Assembly: GCA_040954595.2 (NCBI GenBank)
Contig: CM082592.2
Span: forward strand, 10,982,017 to 11,046,016
DNA: 64,000 bases
From: Balanoglossus misakiensis
Lineage: Eukaryota; Animalia; Hemichordata
Direction of reading: 5' to 3'
Part shown: positions 60,151 through 64,000 of the stretch, one piece after another
Position numbering within the stretch: the stretch's first letter is position 1
How the letters are laid out: every line of letters starts with the position of its first letter
Translations under genes and position numbers: made by a program
The notes under the pieces: model-generated
Database searches by the model: none
What the model saw: only the letters and a program-made list of their open reading frames with translations
Told to the model about the DNA's origin: nothing

Positions 60151-63100
60151 TTTCGACTTTCCAAAATTTCAAAATTTCTTCGATTTTTGATAAAAATCAT
60201 GGGTTATAGCTCATGAAAATCATCAGAAAATGACGATTTTTCGACTTTGCGAAATTTCAAAATTTCTTCGATTTTTGATAAAAATCATGGGTTATAGCTC
60301 ATGAAAATCGTCAAAAAATGACAATTTTTCGACTTTGGGGAATTTCAAAATTTGGCCGATTTTTGAAAAAATCATGGGTTATAGCTCAGGAAAATCGTCA
60401 AAAATGACAATTTTTCGACTTTGGGGAATTTCAAAATTTGGCCGATTTATGAAAAAATCATGGGTTATAGCTCAGGAAAATCGTCAAAAAATGACAATTT
60501 TTCGACTTTGGGGAATTTCAAAATTTGGCCGATTTTTGAAAAAATCATGGGTTATAGCTCAGGAAAATCGTCAAAAAATGACAATTTTTCGACTTTGGGG
60601 AATTTCAAAATTTGGCCGATTTTTGAAAAAATCATGGGTTATAGCTCAGGAAAATCGTCAAAAAATGACAATTTTTCGACTTTGGGGAATTTCAAAATTT
60701 GGCCGATTTTTGAAAAAAATCATGGGTTATAGCTCAGGAAAATCGTCAAAAAATGACAATTTTTCGACTTTGGGGAATTTCAAAATTTGTCCGATTTTTG
60801 AAAAAATCATGGGTTATAGCTCAGGAAAATCGTCAAAAAATGACAATTTTTCGACTTTGGGGAATTTCAAAATTTGGCCGATTTTTGAAAAAATCATGGG
60901 TTATAGCTCAGGAAAATCGTCAAAAAATGACAATTTTTCGACTTTGGGGAATTTCAAAATTTGGCCGATTTTTGAAAAAATCATGGGTTATAGCTCAGGA
61001 AAATCGTCAAAAAATGACAATTTTTCGACTTTGGGGAATTTCAAATTTTGGCCGATTTTTGAAAAAATCATGGGTTATAGCTCAGGAAAATCGTCAAAAA
61101 ATGACAATTTTTCGACTTTGGGGAATTTCAAATTTTGGCCGATTTTTGAAAAAATCATGGGTTATAGCTCAGGAAAATCGTCAAAAAATGACAATTTTTC
61201 GACTTTGGGGAATTTCAAAATTTGGCCGATTTTTGAAAAAATCATGGGTTATAGCTCAGGAAAATCGTCAAAAAATGACAATTTTTCGACTTTGGGGAAT
61301 TTCAAAATTTGGCCGATTTTTGAAAAAATCATGGGTTATAGCTCAGGAAAATCGTCAAAAAATGACAATTTTTCGACTTTGGGGAATTTCAAAATTTGGC
61401 CGATTTTTGAAAAAATCATGGGTTATAGCTCAGGAAAATCGTCAAAAAATGACAATTTTTCGACTTTGGGGAATTTCAAAATTTGGCCGATTTTTGAAAA
61501 AATCATGGGTTATAGCTCAGGAAAATCGTCAAAAAATGACAATTTTTCGACTTTGGGGAATTTCAAAATTTGGCCGATTTTTGAAAAAATCATGGGTTAT
61601 AGCTCAGGAAAATCGTCAAAAAATGACAATTTTTCGACTTTGGGGAATTTCAAAATTTGGCCGATTTTTGAAAAAATCATGGGTTATAGCTCAGGAAAAT
61701 CGTCAAAAAATGACAATTTTTCGACTTTGGGGAATTTCAAAATTTGGCCGATTTTTGAAAAAATCATGGGTTATAGCTCAGGAAAATCGTCAAAAAATGA
61801 CAATTTTTCGACTTTGGGGAATTTCAAAATTTGGCCGATTTTTGAAAAAATCATGGGTTATAGCTCAGGAAAATCGTCAAAAAATGACAATTTTTCGACT
61901 TTGGGGAATTTCAAAATTTGGCCGATTTTTGAAAAAATCATGGGTTATAGCTCAGGAAAATCGTCAAAAAATGACAATTTTTCGACTTTGGGGAATTTCA
62001 AAATTTGGCCGATTTTTGAAAAAATCATGGGTTATAGCTCAGGAAAATCGTCAAAAAATGACAATTTTTCGACTTTGGGGAATTTCAAATTTTGGCCGAT
62101 TTTTGAAAAAATCATGGGTTATAGCTCAGGAAAATCGTCAAAAAATGACAATTTTTCGACTTTGGGGAATTTCAAATTTTGGCCGATTTTTGAAAAAATC
62201 ATGGGTTATAGCTCAGGAAAATCGTCAAAAAATGACAATTTTTCGACTTTGGGGAATTTCAAAATTTGGCCGATTTTTGAAAAAATCATGGGTTATAGCT
62301 CAGGAAAATCGTCAAAAAATGACAATTTTTCGACTTTGGGGAATTTCAAATTTTGGCCGATTTTTGAAAAAATCATGGGTTATAGCTCAGGAAAATCGTC
62401 AAAAAATGACAATTTTTCGACTTTGGGGAATTTCAAAATTTGGCCGATTTTTGAAAAAATCATGGGTTATAGCTCAGGAAAATCGTCAAAAAATGACAAT
62501 TTTTCGACTTTGGGGAATTTCAAATTTTGGCCGATTTTTGAAAAAATCATGGGTTATAGCTCAGGAAAATCGTCAAAAAATGACAATTTTTCGACTTTGG
62601 GGAATTTCAAAATTTGTCCGATTTTTGAAAAAATCATGGGTTATAGCTCAGGAAAATCGTCAAAAAATGACAATTTTTCGACTTTGGGGAATTTCAAAAT
62701 TTGTCCGATTTTTGAAAAAATCATGGGTTATAGCTCAGGAAAATCGTCAAAAAATGACAATTTTTCGACTTTGGGGAATTTCAAAATTTGACCGATTTTT
62801 GAAAAAATCATGGGTTATAGCTCAGGAAAATCGTCAAAAAATGACAATTTTTCGACTTTGGGGAATTTCAAAATTTGGCCGATTTTTGAAAAAATCATGG
62901 GTTATAGCTCAGGAAAATCGTCAAAAAATGACAATTTTTCGACTTTGGGGAATTTCAAAATTTGGCCGATTTTTGAAAAAATCATGGGTTATAGCTCAGG
63001 AAAATCGTCAAAAAATGACAATTTTTCGACTTTGGGGAATTTCAAAATTTGGCCGATTTTTGAAAAAATCATGGGTTATAGCTCAGGAAAATCGTCAAAA

Positions 63101-64000
63101 AATGACAATTTTTCGACTTTGGGGAATTTCAAAATTTGGCCGATTTTTGAAAAAATCATGGGTTATAGCTCAGGAAAATCGTCAAAAAATGACAATTTTT
63201 CGACTTTGGGGAATTTCAAAATTTGGCCGATTTTTGAAAAAATCATGGGTTATAGCTCAGGAAAATCGTCAAAAAATGACAATTTTTCGACTTTGGGGAA
63301 TTTCAAAATTTGGCCGATTTTTGAAAAAATCATGGGTTATAGCTCAGGAAAATCGTCAAAAAATGACAATTTTTCGACTTTGGGGAATTTCAAAATTTGG
63401 CCGATTTTTGAAAAAATCATGGGTTATAGCTCAGGAAAATCGTCAAAAAATGACAATTTTTCGACTTTGGGGAATTTCAAAATTTGGCCGATTTTTGAAA
63501 AAATCATGGGTTATAGCTCAGGAAAATCGTCAAAAAATGACAATTTTTCGACTTTGGGGAATTTCAAATTTTGGCCGATTTTTGAAAAAATCATGGGTTA
63601 TAGCTCAGGAAAATCGTCAAAAAATGACAATTTTTCGACTTTGGGGAATTTCAAATTTTGGCCGATTTTTGAAAAAATCATGGGTTATAGCTCAGGAAAA
63701 TCGTCAAAAAATGACAAATTTTCGACTTTGGGGAATTTCAAAATTTGGCCGATTTTTCAAAAAATCGTGGGTTATAGCTCAGGAAAATCGTCAAAAAATG
63801 ACAATTTTTCGACTTTGGGGAATTTCAAAATTTGGCCGATTTTTGAAAAAATCATGGGTTATAGCTCAGGAAAATCGTCAAAAAATAACAATTTTTCGAC
63901 TTTGGGGAATTTCAAAATTTGGCCGATTTTTGAAAAAATCATGGGTTATAGCTCAGGAAAATCGTCAAAAAATGACAATTTTTCGACTTTGGTGAATTTC
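60151..64000. repeat. 87-bp tandem satellite, about 44 copies, running off the window, in intron 3 of the transcobalamin-like gene
   Basis: Unit tttttcgactttggggaatttcaaaatttggccgatttttgaaaaaatcatgggttatagctcaggaaaatcgtcaaaaaatgacaa; 29-aa periodicity in the ORF track; first two units diverged. Confidence 0.98.

Noticed and set aside
60335-63995. 818-aa and 1080-aa ORFs
   Set aside because: Artefacts of an 87-bp (29-codon) satellite lacking stops in two frames; intronic, with frames switching at unit indels.
60151-64000. CRISPR array
   Set aside because: Units are contiguous with no unique spacers; eukaryotic context and no cas genes.

Overview
Eukaryotic, intron-rich, AT-rich (~38-40% GC by eye) genomic DNA from an invertebrate animal. 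Gene content suggests a non-vertebrate deuterostome such as a hemichordate (inference). In order: the last exon of a mucin-stalk membrane protein; an intronless ankyrin/SOCS-box gene (ANKRD61-like); a 12-exon ROGDI; an intronless ANKUB1; then an apparent JAK/STAT immune cluster at about 22.5-54.4 kb. The cluster holds two head-to-head paralogous class I (gp130/Domeless-type) cytokine receptors (Ig + cytokine-binding module + five FN3 + TM + Tyr-rich tail) and four paralogues of a ~6-TM membrane protein family that I cannot assign, with dense STAT/IRF/NF-kB motifs upstream of several of these genes. Receptor B has duplicated, frame-incompatible exon pairs (5a/5b and 6a/6b) encoding the two halves of its WSxWS domain. 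This predicts mutually exclusive, possibly combinatorial, splicing of the ligand-binding surface. The two receptors also share patchy near-identical tracts, one including an intron, which points to gene conversion. The window ends with a divergent pair of cobalamin-binding genes (a membrane-anchored double beta-domain protein and a canonical alpha-domain transcobalamin-like gene), the second interrupted by an 87-bp intronic satellite. All gene models were built by hand from GT-AG sites and reading frame. Family assignments are from recalled sequences, not database searches.
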